From Candidatus Iainarchaeum sp. (GTDB lineage: Archaea; Iainarchaeota; Iainarchaeia; Iainarchaeales; CSSED10-239), in NCBI GenBank assembly GCA_037441475.1, contig JBBISB010000001.1, positions 517,465 through 549,464 on the forward strand: a DNA stretch of 32,000 nt. The letters run 5' to 3'. A program made the translations under genes and the position numbers. Below the pieces are notes generated by a model. It worked only from the letters and a program-made list of their open reading frames with translations. It searched no databases and was not told where the DNA came from. The stretch's first letter is position 1, and every line of letters begins with the position of its first letter. Below are positions 18,029 through 25,603 of this stretch, piece after piece.

Positions 18029-18548
18029 TTTTTTAATAGAATAATGCTTTTTTAAAGCTTTTAAGCTTTCCATAATTTTAAAAAAAGTCTTTCTTTTAAA
18101 AAGAGGGCTTTTTTTAACTTTATTTCTACCTTATTTTAAAAATTACTACTTTATTTTTAATTCACGCTCTGTATAATATACATAATTTTTTTGAACAAAC
18201 ATATATATACTTTTCGTTAACTTTAAAAAATTAACCCTCAAAAGCTCGCTTTTAGCTATTTTTTACCACTTTTCCTTCATTTTCTAAACTAAATCAAATT
18301 ATAATGGTTTTACCTTATAATTATTTTATAATTTCTGCTTTTTTGATAAAAAACTTTACAGTTATTTTATATAACAAAAAAGAGGTTAGTGAAAGAAGAA
18401 AGAAAAAGTACTCTTAAATTAATAAGAAAAGCTTAATTTCTTTTTTCGGCAACGACCTCTCCCTCCCCTTTATGCTTTATATAGGAAAATAAAGCTAATA
18501 TATATAACATTAATAAATTTTTAAAAAAAACAAAAGTGGAATGATTAA

Positions 18549-20687
18549 ATGGTTGACATAGATCTTGAAAGAGAACTTGATAGTTTTGATATAAAAGAAA
18601 CAAAGAGCATATTAGTTGATGAGTATGTTGATCTCTTTGTAGAATTCTTTGAAGAAATATACAAAAAAGAAATAGAACAGCTTGCCTCAAACTATCCAAC
18701 TGAAAAATCCCTAGAAATAGATTACAAAAAATTAGAAGACTTTGATCTAAATCTAGCAGAAAGACTTCTCTCTTCTCCAAACATTATCTTTGAAGCATCA
18801 AACGCAGCTATTAAAAAAATAGATCTAGGTATCCTGGATTCAGAAGTTGAAGATAACTTTGAACCTATGGTTAGGTTTTTCAACCTACCAGAAGAATACA
18901 GAGTTTCAATAAGAGAAGTAGGTTCTGAACATTTAACAGATCTTGTCTCTGTTGAAGGAACAATAAGAGCAATTACAGAAAAATTAGAAAAATTAACTCT
19001 TTCTCACTTCACATGTAAAAAATGTGGAACCCCAGTTATCTTAATGCAAAAAACACAACAGCTTCTAAAACCAGTAATGTGTAATGAATGTAAATCAAGA
19101 GACTTTGATCTAGACTTAGAACAATCAAAATTCATTGATTATCAAAAAATACAAATACAAGAACCTTTAGAAAACCTAAAAGGTTCAGAACAAGCAAGTA
19201 ACATAGATGTCTACCTTTCAGATGACTTAGTTAACAAATGTTCTGCAGGGGATAAAATAATTGTAACTGGTGTCTTAAAGTTAAGACCTACAAAAGGAGA
19301 CATGAACATCTTTTCAAGATACTTAGTTGCAAACCACATAGAAAGAGTAGATCAAGAGTATGAAGAGTTAAAAATATCTTTTGAAGAAGAACAAGAGATT
19401 AAAGCTCTTTCAAAAAAAGAAAATATCTATGAAATGCTTTCAAAATCAGTTGCTCCTAATATCTTCGGACATGAAGTTGTAAAGGAAGCAGTTACCTTAC
19501 AGATGTTTGGTGGTGTAAAAAAAGAAATTGCAAAACAAAAGTTTAGAGGTAACATACATGTTCTTTTAGTAGGTGATCCTTCTACTGGTAAGTCCAAGAT
19601 ACTAGAGTATTCAAACCTTTTAGCTCCAAAAAGTATATACGTTGCAGGAAAGACAGTTTCTGGTGCTGGTTTAACAGTCTCTGCTGTAAAAGATGAATAT
19701 GGAGAGGGTGGTTGGACATTAAAAGCTGGTGCTATCATTTTAGCAAGCGGTGGAATTGCAATGATTGATGAGTTTGATAAGATAGGTGCAGATGATAGGT
19801 CTTCTCTTCACGAAGCAATGGCTCAATCCACAGTTTCTGTTTCAAAAGCTGGTCTTTACAGTAAATTCAGAGCCGATACTTCAGTTCTTGCAGCAGCAAA
19901 TCCAAAGTACAACAGGTTTGATCCTTATAAAAATCCATTAGAGCAAATAGATCTTCCTTTCTCTCTTCTTTCAAGATTTGATTTATACTTTGTAATTCCA
20001 GATCTTTTAGATAGACAGATGGACACTGATATTGCAAAACATGTTTTAAAAACACAGGCTCTTGCAGAAAAGCTTTCTGGAAGAGATAAGACAATAACAA
20101 AAGAGGAGCTTTCAAGTATTGAAAAGCAAATCCTTCCAGCAATTGATCCTAATCTTTTTAAAAAGTTTGTAGCTTATGCTCGTCAGAACATAAAACCTGT
20201 TCTTTCTCAAGAGGCTTCAGATATTATCTTAAAATACTATGTTGAATTAAGAGACATGGGAAGAAAGAATAGAAGCTTTACTGCAACTCCAAGACAGCTT
20301 GAGGGTTTTATAAGACTTTCAGAAGCAAGTGCAAAAATAAAACTTAAAAAAACAATTGAAGCAAGTGATGCTCAAAGAGCAATCAGGATCTTTAAGACTT
20401 CCTTAGAGCAAGTTGCAATGGATAAAGAGACTGGTAAGATCGATATTGATATTTTGCAGACTGGTCAATCACAGAGTGAGAGAAACTTTATAAAAATTGT
20501 TTTAAAATATTTAAAAGATCTTTCATCAAAAGACCCAATAGCTACAAAAGACTTTATAGAGTTCACAACTAAAGAAGGGCATGATAAAGAAAAGGTTATG
20601 GAAGCAATCTCTAAGCTTAAGAAGATTGGGGATATCTATGAACCAAGGTCTGGTCTTTTAAAAGCCACTGAACCTGATGCCTTTTAA
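18549..20687 (+). CDS. mcm: Minichromosome maintenance (MCM) replicative helicase
   Basis: Zn finger CKKCG...CNEC, Walker A GDPSTGKSK, Walker B MIDEFDK, arginine finger SRFDL, and a C-terminal wH region. 712 aa. Confidence 0.95.
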   Translation: MVDIDLERELDSFDIKETKSILVDEYVDLFVEFFEEIYKKEIEQLASNYPTEKSLEIDYKKLEDFDLNLAERLLSSPNIIFEASNAAIKKIDLGILDSEVEDNFEPMVRFFNLPEEYRVSIREVGSEHLTDLVSVEGTIRAITEKLEKLTLSHFTCKKCGTPVILMQKTQQLLKPVMCNECKSRDFDLDLEQSKFIDYQKIQIQEPLENLKGSEQASNIDVYLSDDLVNKCSAGDKIIVTGVLKLRPTKGDMNIFSRYLVANHIERVDQEYEELKISFEEEQEIKALSKKENIYEMLSKSVAPNIFGHEVVKEAVTLQMFGGVKKEIAKQKFRGNIHVLLVGDPSTGKSKILEYSNLLAPKSIYVAGKTVSGAGLTVSAVKDEYGEGGWTLKAGAIILASGGIAMIDEFDKIGADDRSSLHEAMAQSTVSVSKAGLYSKFRADTSVLAAANPKYNRFDPYKNPLEQIDLPFSLLSRFDLYFVIPDLLDRQMDTDIAKHVLKTQALAEKLSGRDKTITKEELSSIEKQILPAIDPNLFKKFVAYARQNIKPVLSQEASDIILKYYVELRDMGRKNRSFTATPRQLEGFIRLSEASAKIKLKKTIEASDAQRAIRIFKTSLEQVAMDKETGKIDIDILQTGQSQSERNFIKIVLKYLKDLSSKDPIATKDFIEFTTKEGHDKEKVMEAISKLKKIGDIYEPRSGLLKATEPDAF

Positions 20688-20693
20688 GGTTTT
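20667..20693 (+). repeat. Left copy of a 27-bp direct repeat (ACTGAACCTGATGCCTTTTAAGGTTTT), covering the last 6 codons and stop of mcm
   Basis: 26/27 identical to 22115-22141. Confidence 0.85.
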
Positions 20694-20723
20694 CTTTAAG
20701 ATTTTAAATTTATTTTTTATTAT

Positions 20724-20773
20724 GGATTCTAAATCCTAATTTAATTGTTTTTATGTGGATTCCAAATCCACAT
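20724..20773. promoter_or_regulatory. Two GGATT-N3-AATCC palindromes (GGATTCTAAATCC; ATGTGGATT-CCA-AATCCACAT) upstream of the ATPase gene
   Basis: Read directly. The second has perfect 9-bp arms (20753-20761 / 20765-20773). ATGGATT recurs at the probable start codon (20805). Confidence 0.35.
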
Positions 20774-22067
20774 ATTTAAAAACCTTTTTGTATATATAAT
20801 TAATATGGATTATATGTTATTAAAGCAAGTTATTATTAATCAAAATATTTTTTTTAAAATCAAACCAGTAGGTTATATAAGAGATAAATTACAATTAATT
20901 AAAAAAGATATTAATACACCTACAATTATTGTTATTACTGGGCACAGAAGAGTTGGAAAATCAACCTTATTTTTACAAATTGCAAATTTTTTTTATAAAG
21001 ATAATTATTATTATTTAGATTTTTCAGATCCTGTTTTAAGAAACATAAATATTGAAGATTTTTTAAAAATTGAAGAAATTTTTTTACAAGAATTTAAAAA
21101 AAGAAAAGCTTTTTTCTTTGATGAGATTCAAGGTGTGCCTGGTTGGAATTTATTTGTAAATCAATTAAGAGAAAAAGGGTATAAATGTTATATAACATGG
21201 TCTAATGCAGAACTATTATCTAAAGAGATTTCAACCTATCTAACTGGAAGACATAAGGATTATGAATTATATCCGTTTTCTTTTAAAGAATACTTATCGT
21301 TTAATAATATAGTTAAAGAACAGTTTACTACATCTAAAAATGCACAACTGTTATCTTATTTTGATACTTATTTAAATGCAGGTGGCTTTCCTGAAATTGT
21401 TGTTTATAATCAAAATGAATTGTTAAAAGAAATTTATAAAGATATAATATTAAAAGATGTTGCATTAAGATGGGATTTAAAAAATATATCTGAACTTGAA
21501 GATTTATCTTTTTATTTATTATCAAACGCCACTCAAGAATATAATTATAATTCTTTAAAAAAAAAAGTTAATATTAAAGATGCAAAAACAATTAAACAAT
21601 ATATTAATTATCTGTGTAAAACATATATGTTTTTTGAAGTATCTCAATTTGATTTTTCATTAAATAAACAAAGAAAACGTAATAAAAAGATATATATTTT
21701 AGATAATGGATTTTTAACACAAGTAGGTTACTCTTTTTCTATAGGTAAAAGTAGATATTTAGAAAATCTTGTGTTTATGGAATTAAAAATGAGAAATTTA
21801 GAAGTTTATTTTTATAAAGATAATTCTAATTTAGAATGTGATTTTTTAATTGTTGAAAATAAACAAGTAAAAGATGCTTTTCAAGTTTGTTTTTCAGTAG
21901 ATAAAAAAGAAACTGAAGATAGAGAAGTTAATGGTCTTCTTTCTGCTTTAAAAGCTTATAATTTAAAAAAAGGCACTATTATTACTTATAATTTTGAAAA
22001 AGAAATTAAAATCAATGGATTTATAGTTAATTTTATTCCAGCCTTTAAATGGTTATTAGATAAATGA
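20745..22067 (+). CDS. COG1373-type AAA+ ATPase with DUF4143 region and C-terminal PD-(D/E)xK-like motif
   Basis: Walker A ITGHRRVGKSTL, Walker B FFFDEIQ, and C-terminal NLECDFLIVENK (E-x-D...E-x-K-like). The probable true start is ATG 20805 (MDYMLLKQ). Confidence 0.75.
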   Translation: MFLCGFQIHIFKNLFVYIINMDYMLLKQVIINQNIFFKIKPVGYIRDKLQLIKKDINTPTIIVITGHRRVGKSTLFLQIANFFYKDNYYYLDFSDPVLRNINIEDFLKIEEIFLQEFKKRKAFFFDEIQGVPGWNLFVNQLREKGYKCYITWSNAELLSKEISTYLTGRHKDYELYPFSFKEYLSFNNIVKEQFTTSKNAQLLSYFDTYLNAGGFPEIVVYNQNELLKEIYKDIILKDVALRWDLKNISELEDLSFYLLSNATQEYNYNSLKKKVNIKDAKTIKQYINYLCKTYMFFEVSQFDFSLNKQRKRNKKIYILDNGFLTQVGYSFSIGKSRYLENLVFMELKMRNLEVYFYKDNSNLECDFLIVENKQVKDAFQVCFSVDKKETEDREVNGLLSALKAYNLKKGTIITYNFEKEIKINGFIVNFIPAFKWLLDK

Positions 22068-22114
22068 TCTTAAATTAATATTTTTAATTTTTTAAACCTT
22101 ACTTATTTAAGTAA

Positions 22115-22141
22115 ACTGAACCAGATGCCTTTTAAGGTTTT
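22115..22141 (+). repeat. Right copy of the 27-bp direct repeat (ACTGAACCAGATGCCTTTTAAGGTTTT)
   Basis: There is a single difference from the left copy, and it is a synonymous CCT/CCA change when read in the mcm frame (TEPDAF*). Confidence 0.85.
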
Positions 22142-22143
22142 AT

Positions 22144-22176
22144 AAAAGGTTTTTTAAAACCTTTTAATCTTTTTTT
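22144..22176 (+). terminator. Hairpin (AAAAGGTTT / AAACCTTTT) followed by a T7 run; likely the ancestral mcm terminator
   Basis: A 9-bp perfect stem 22144-22152 / 22157-22165, then T7 at 22170-22176, directly after the right repeat. Confidence 0.4.
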
Positions 22177-22205
22177 ATTGTATATAATATAAAAATGATC
22201 TGTCT

Positions 22206-22736
22206 ATGATTACCTATAAAAATTATTCTTCAAAAAAACTTTTTGATTTAATACATAATTATTCTTACTTAAAAGAAATTTATAAAGTCAAGTTTAATAC
22301 TAGTAGTGTTCCTGCCATTTATTCTCAAGATATAAAAGATGTTCTTTTTAGAAATTATCCTAACACACATATTTTTTTAGCCTTAAATGAAAATACTCCT
22401 GTTGCTTTTCTTAACGGAAGTTATAATAAAAACAATAATTGTTTTACAATAGAGGCTGTTTTTGCATCTAAGAGATTAAGTCCAGCTGAGCAAGAATTAA
22501 TTAAAGGTAAATTAATGTTAAGAGCAATATCTCATGCCAGAGTTAAAGAAAAAACAGTTAATTTTGCCCCTAGTGTTTTTCTTTCAAAAGAAATAAAAGA
22601 TATTTTTAAAAAAATACATACCAGAAAAATAGATAGCAAAAGATTAACCTATGTTCCAGATAAAAAATTTCTATCTACAAAAGAAAGTTTTTCTATTTTT
22701 AAAAAAGATAAAGTTAAAACTTTAAAAAAGAAATAA
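22206..22736 (+). CDS. Hypothetical protein, weakly GNAT-acetyltransferase-like, with a Lys-rich tail
   Basis: Paralogous to the next ORF (shared MIxYK, ENxxVxFLxGxxNxNN, FxSK blocks). The GNAT assignment rests on the beta4-alphaA-like region only. Confidence 0.3.
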   Translation: MITYKNYSSKKLFDLIHNYSYLKEIYKVKFNTSSVPAIYSQDIKDVLFRNYPNTHIFLALNENTPVAFLNGSYNKNNNCFTIEAVFASKRLSPAEQELIKGKLMLRAISHARVKEKTVNFAPSVFLSKEIKDIFKKIHTRKIDSKRLTYVPDKKFLSTKESFSIFKKDKVKTLKKK

Positions 22737-22745
22737 TGTGTTTTT

Positions 22746-23258
22746 ATGATTAGATATAAGGTTTTTGATTCTGTTAACATGTCTGAGTTTATAAATAATG
22801 AAAAACTATTTAAAGAAGCTTATTCTATAGTTACACAAGATGTTATTTTGTCAAAAGAATATGAAGAAAGAAGATTAAATTTTTTTAAAAGAGATTTTAA
22901 AAATACTAGTGCCTTTGTTTTTATGGCTTTTTCTGAAAACAAACTAGTTGGTTTTCTATCAGGATATACAAACCTTAATAATTTTAATATTCAAAACCTT
23001 TTTGTATCTAAAAAAAATCATTCAAAAGCAATTGGTACAAAATTAAAAATATATTCTATAGCTTACCTAAGATCAAAAAAAGGTACTAGTAATTTTGTGA
23101 GCTTAAATGTGGTTAATCCAAAGGTTTATCAAATAAACAAAAGAATTGTTGAAAGAAAAAACATTTCTAAAAATACTACTTATTCTTTTGAGAAAACTTC
23201 TGCTAATGGGGTTTTTAAAAAAAATTTACATAAAATAATTACTAAAAAAAGAAGATAA
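22746..23258 (+). CDS. Hypothetical protein, weakly GNAT-acetyltransferase-like, with a basic tail
   Basis: FVFMAFSENKLVGFLSGY...NIQNLFVSKKNHSKAIGTKLKIYSIAYL resembles GNAT motif A (V-x-x-x-x-x-G-x-G/A degenerate). It is a tandem paralog of 22206..22736. Confidence 0.35.
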   Translation: MIRYKVFDSVNMSEFINNEKLFKEAYSIVTQDVILSKEYEERRLNFFKRDFKNTSAFVFMAFSENKLVGFLSGYTNLNNFNIQNLFVSKKNHSKAIGTKLKIYSIAYLRSKKGTSNFVSLNVVNPKVYQINKRIVERKNISKNTTYSFEKTSANGVFKKNLHKIITKKRR

Positions 23259-23260
23259 TC

Positions 23261-24127
23261 ATGGTCAAAGATAAAAACAAAGATACCTTTCCATTAAACT
23301 TCATATTATTTTTAACAATTATTTTTTTAGTAGTTCAAGTAGTTGGGTTGTTTGTAACCTCCTACTATGCTTCCTTAACAGATCTAAGGATAGCCTTAAT
23401 AACTGATGATCCTAACGATATAATAAATGCTGTTTTCATAATAGTTCAAATCCTAGTTATAACAGGTATTATTCTTCTAATAAAAAGGTTTTCAAAAAAA
23501 ACCGGTTACTTAAGAATCTTTGAGTATCTTGCATTGTTTGTTGGTATGACAGTTGTTTTTGATGTTATTTTTTCAGAAATAGCTTCAATGTATATATCTG
23601 TTCTTTTACTTTTTATCAAATATCTTTTAGAGAAGTATAAATCTGATTATAAAAAGAGCATAATGTGGTATAACAATTTACTTCTTTCTCTTTCAATAGC
23701 AGGAGCGGGTGCAATAATAGGTCTTTCTCTTTGGCTTATCCCTGTAATTACTTTCTTAATACTTTTATCAATCTATGACATTATTGCTGTTTTTTACACA
23801 AAACACATGATCATCTTAGCAAAAACATTTTCAAAAACAAAGATGGCTTTAATCTTTTATATTCCAACAAAAGAAAAGACCTATCAGTTGGGTGGAGGGG
23901 ACTTAGTTATCCCTTTAGTTGTGTCTTCTTCTTTTTATTTCTATTTAATTAAGTTTTTTTCTTTTACCTTTGCTTTCTTTTATGTTTCTTTAGTATGGCT
24001 TGCTTCTCTTCTTGGTTTATTTATAACCTTTTACCTTCTTAAGAAATATGAGTTTAAGGCAATGCCTGCTCTTCCTATACAGGCCTTACTAATGATTGTA
24101 GTAATTGTTCTTTCAATTACTTTTTAA
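23261..24127 (+). CDS. Archaeal presenilin/signal-peptide-peptidase homolog (GxGD intramembrane aspartyl protease, A22 family)
   Basis: Polytopic membrane protein with YD (SIYDIIAVFY), GxGD (LGGGDLVIPL) and PAL (AMPALPIQ) motifs in the canonical order. Confidence 0.8.
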   Translation: MVKDKNKDTFPLNFILFLTIIFLVVQVVGLFVTSYYASLTDLRIALITDDPNDIINAVFIIVQILVITGIILLIKRFSKKTGYLRIFEYLALFVGMTVVFDVIFSEIASMYISVLLLFIKYLLEKYKSDYKKSIMWYNNLLLSLSIAGAGAIIGLSLWLIPVITFLILLSIYDIIAVFYTKHMIILAKTFSKTKMALIFYIPTKEKTYQLGGGDLVIPLVVSSSFYFYLIKFFSFTFAFFYVSLVWLASLLGLFITFYLLKKYEFKAMPALPIQALLMIVVIVLSITF

Positions 24128-24222
24128 TTTTATTTTTTAAAAAATAAAACAATCTTTATAAATAGTTTGTTCTTTTTTTATATTTGATGGGGGTAGTTAC
24201 ATTTTAAAGAGGTTTTTATATA

Positions 24223-25019
24223 ATGATTAAATTATTAAATATTGGTAAGGGAAAAAAAACCAACCAACCTTAAATTGAACCCATCTATAAATCCTAATCA
24301 ATTAACTTATAAGGACACTATACCTTATAGGTATTATGGTAAAAAACTTGTTTATACTAATTTTGCAATAGAGGTTTTAAAAGAAAACCCTGGTATTATA
24401 AAAGCAATAAATTTCTTATCTAAAAATAAAAAAGAAATAAGGTTTGTTGAAGACAAAGGAAGATTTGAAATCCTAAAGGTAACAAACCAAATTATTAATA
24501 AGAAAAGGACTACATCAGCATACACAAGTGAAGGGTATCTTTTAATAATTAATAAAGCAAAACCAATTAGATTTTTTATAAAAGAAACAAGCGGTGCAGT
24601 TTTCTTTAACAGAAGAGTTGTTGGCTTTACGATTAATTAAAAAAGAAGCTAAAAAATTGGTTTTAAAATAATTAAACCTCACTTTGCTTTTGATAATCAT
24701 GCTAAAATTTCTGGTTTTTTCTTCAATATTCCTGACATGAGATCTTTTATTGTTTATGAACTTTCTTATCTTTTAACTGTAAGTGATGCTATTAAGAAAA
24801 AAATTAACTGCAGTTGAAAAAAAGAACATAGATATAAAATTTTCACAATTAAATCAAACTTTAACCAAGATTGGTTTTTTTGATCTTGATTTAAATAAAA
24901 GAAACTGTTTTATAGATTTTTCTAAAAAGCCAGCAGATTTATATTTATTTGATCCTTTAACCTTTAGTGAAAACTATTCTTTTTTTACAAAAGAGATTTC
25001 TAAAATAGATAAAAAATAG
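24223..25019 (+). pseudogene. Remnant of a small protein-kinase-like-fold gene, broken by in-frame stops and frameshifts
   Basis: Fragments read RFFIKETSGAVFF, then (other frame) SLTEELLALRLIKKEAKKLVLK, then IIKPHFAFDNHAKISGFFFNIPDMRSFIVYELSYLL, then (third frame) IGFFDLDLNKRNCFID...LYLFDP (D-x4-N catalytic-loop-like and D-containing strand). TAA stops at 24638 and 24650. There is a frame change at the A7 run 24797-24803. The family call is tentative. Confidence 0.3.
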
Positions 25020-25100
25020 TTTTTTAAAATAAAATATTCCCTTCTTTTTATTTATTGTTTTTATTAACTTTTTTTATAAACCCGCCTAAACTTACTAATA

Positions 25101-25108
25101 TTTATAAA
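25101..25108 (+). promoter_or_regulatory. TATA-box-like element (TTTATAAA) for the aIF2beta operon
   Basis: It is centred about 27 nt upstream of ATG 25132, the spacing expected for a leaderless archaeal mRNA. A second TTTATAAAC lies at about 25071. Confidence 0.3.
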
Positions 25109-25131
25109 CACTTCTAAACATATAATATATT

Positions 25132-25572
25132 ATGGCAACTAAACAAAACAATACTAAAAATAATCTTTTAGACTATAAGTCACTTTTAGATAGACTATAC
25201 ATGGCTTTGCCTCCAAAAACCCTAGAAAGCACAAGGTTTGAACTTCCTACAGCTGATTCAATGATCCAAGGAAAACAAACTATTTGGAAGAACTTTTCAA
25301 AAGCTGCAAAGGACCTAAAAAGAGATGAAGCACAGATGTATAAGTTTGTAATGAAGGAAATATCAACTTCCTCTACAATAGTTAATGGTACCTTAGTCTT
25401 AAACGGAATCTTTAATAACTTTAAAATGAACCAAATCTTAGAAAAGTATATTAAGTTCTTTGTACTATGTTCTGCTTGTAAAAAACCAGACACTGAGATT
25501 GTAACTCAAAATAATGTTAAGATACTTAAGTGTACTGCTTGCGGAGCTGTTTCACCACTTCCAAGGTTATAA
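25132..25572 (+). CDS. eif2b: Translation initiation factor aIF2 subunit beta
   Basis: YKSLLDRLY...LPTADSMIQGKQTIWKNF...YIKFFVLCSACKKPDT...CTACG: conserved N-terminal helix, central domain and C4 Zn-binding domain. Confidence 0.9.
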   Translation: MATKQNNTKNNLLDYKSLLDRLYMALPPKTLESTRFELPTADSMIQGKQTIWKNFSKAAKDLKRDEAQMYKFVMKEISTSSTIVNGTLVLNGIFNNFKMNQILEKYIKFFVLCSACKKPDTEIVTQNNVKILKCTACGAVSPLPRL

Positions 25573-25603
25573 AAATATAGTGTTTTAAATAAAAGGTAAA
25601 CTT

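Larger units (their letters stand above)
16943..18220. repeat. Tandem duplication, unit ~630 bp (16943-17572, 17573-18202, and the first ~15 nt of a third unit); each unit holds a csp gene with its upstream region
   Basis: TTTATATACTTTTC recurs at 16943 and 17573, and as TATATACTTTTC at 18204. The csp ATGs are 625 nt apart. Conserved upstream blocks include AGAAGCATTTAACAT, CTATTTTTAATAAATAAA and AAGAGTGAATAAAATATG. Confidence 0.75.
20694..22114 (+). mobile_element. Candidate inserted cassette carrying only a COG1373/DUF4143 ATPase gene, bounded by the 27-bp direct repeats
   Basis: The direct repeats duplicate the mcm 3' end. A hairpin plus T7 terminator follows only the right repeat. The segment is visibly more AT-rich than mcm. 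No integrase or transposase ORF is seen inside. Confidence 0.4.

Noticed and set aside
18029-18548. Replication origin upstream of mcm
   Set aside because: The 520-bp AT-rich spacer invites the idea. However, I found no ORB-like inverted repeats flanking a DUE and no adjacent orc1/cdc6 gene. The only dyad is a short one, AAAAGC-TC-GCTTTT at about 18240, and part of the region is simply the tail of the csp tandem duplication.
24638-24652. Stop-codon readthrough or reassignment, given two in-frame TAA codons 12 nt apart
   Set aside because: TAA terminates many well-defined genes in this window, including mcm. The same locus also has frameshifts, so pseudogenisation is the simpler explanation.
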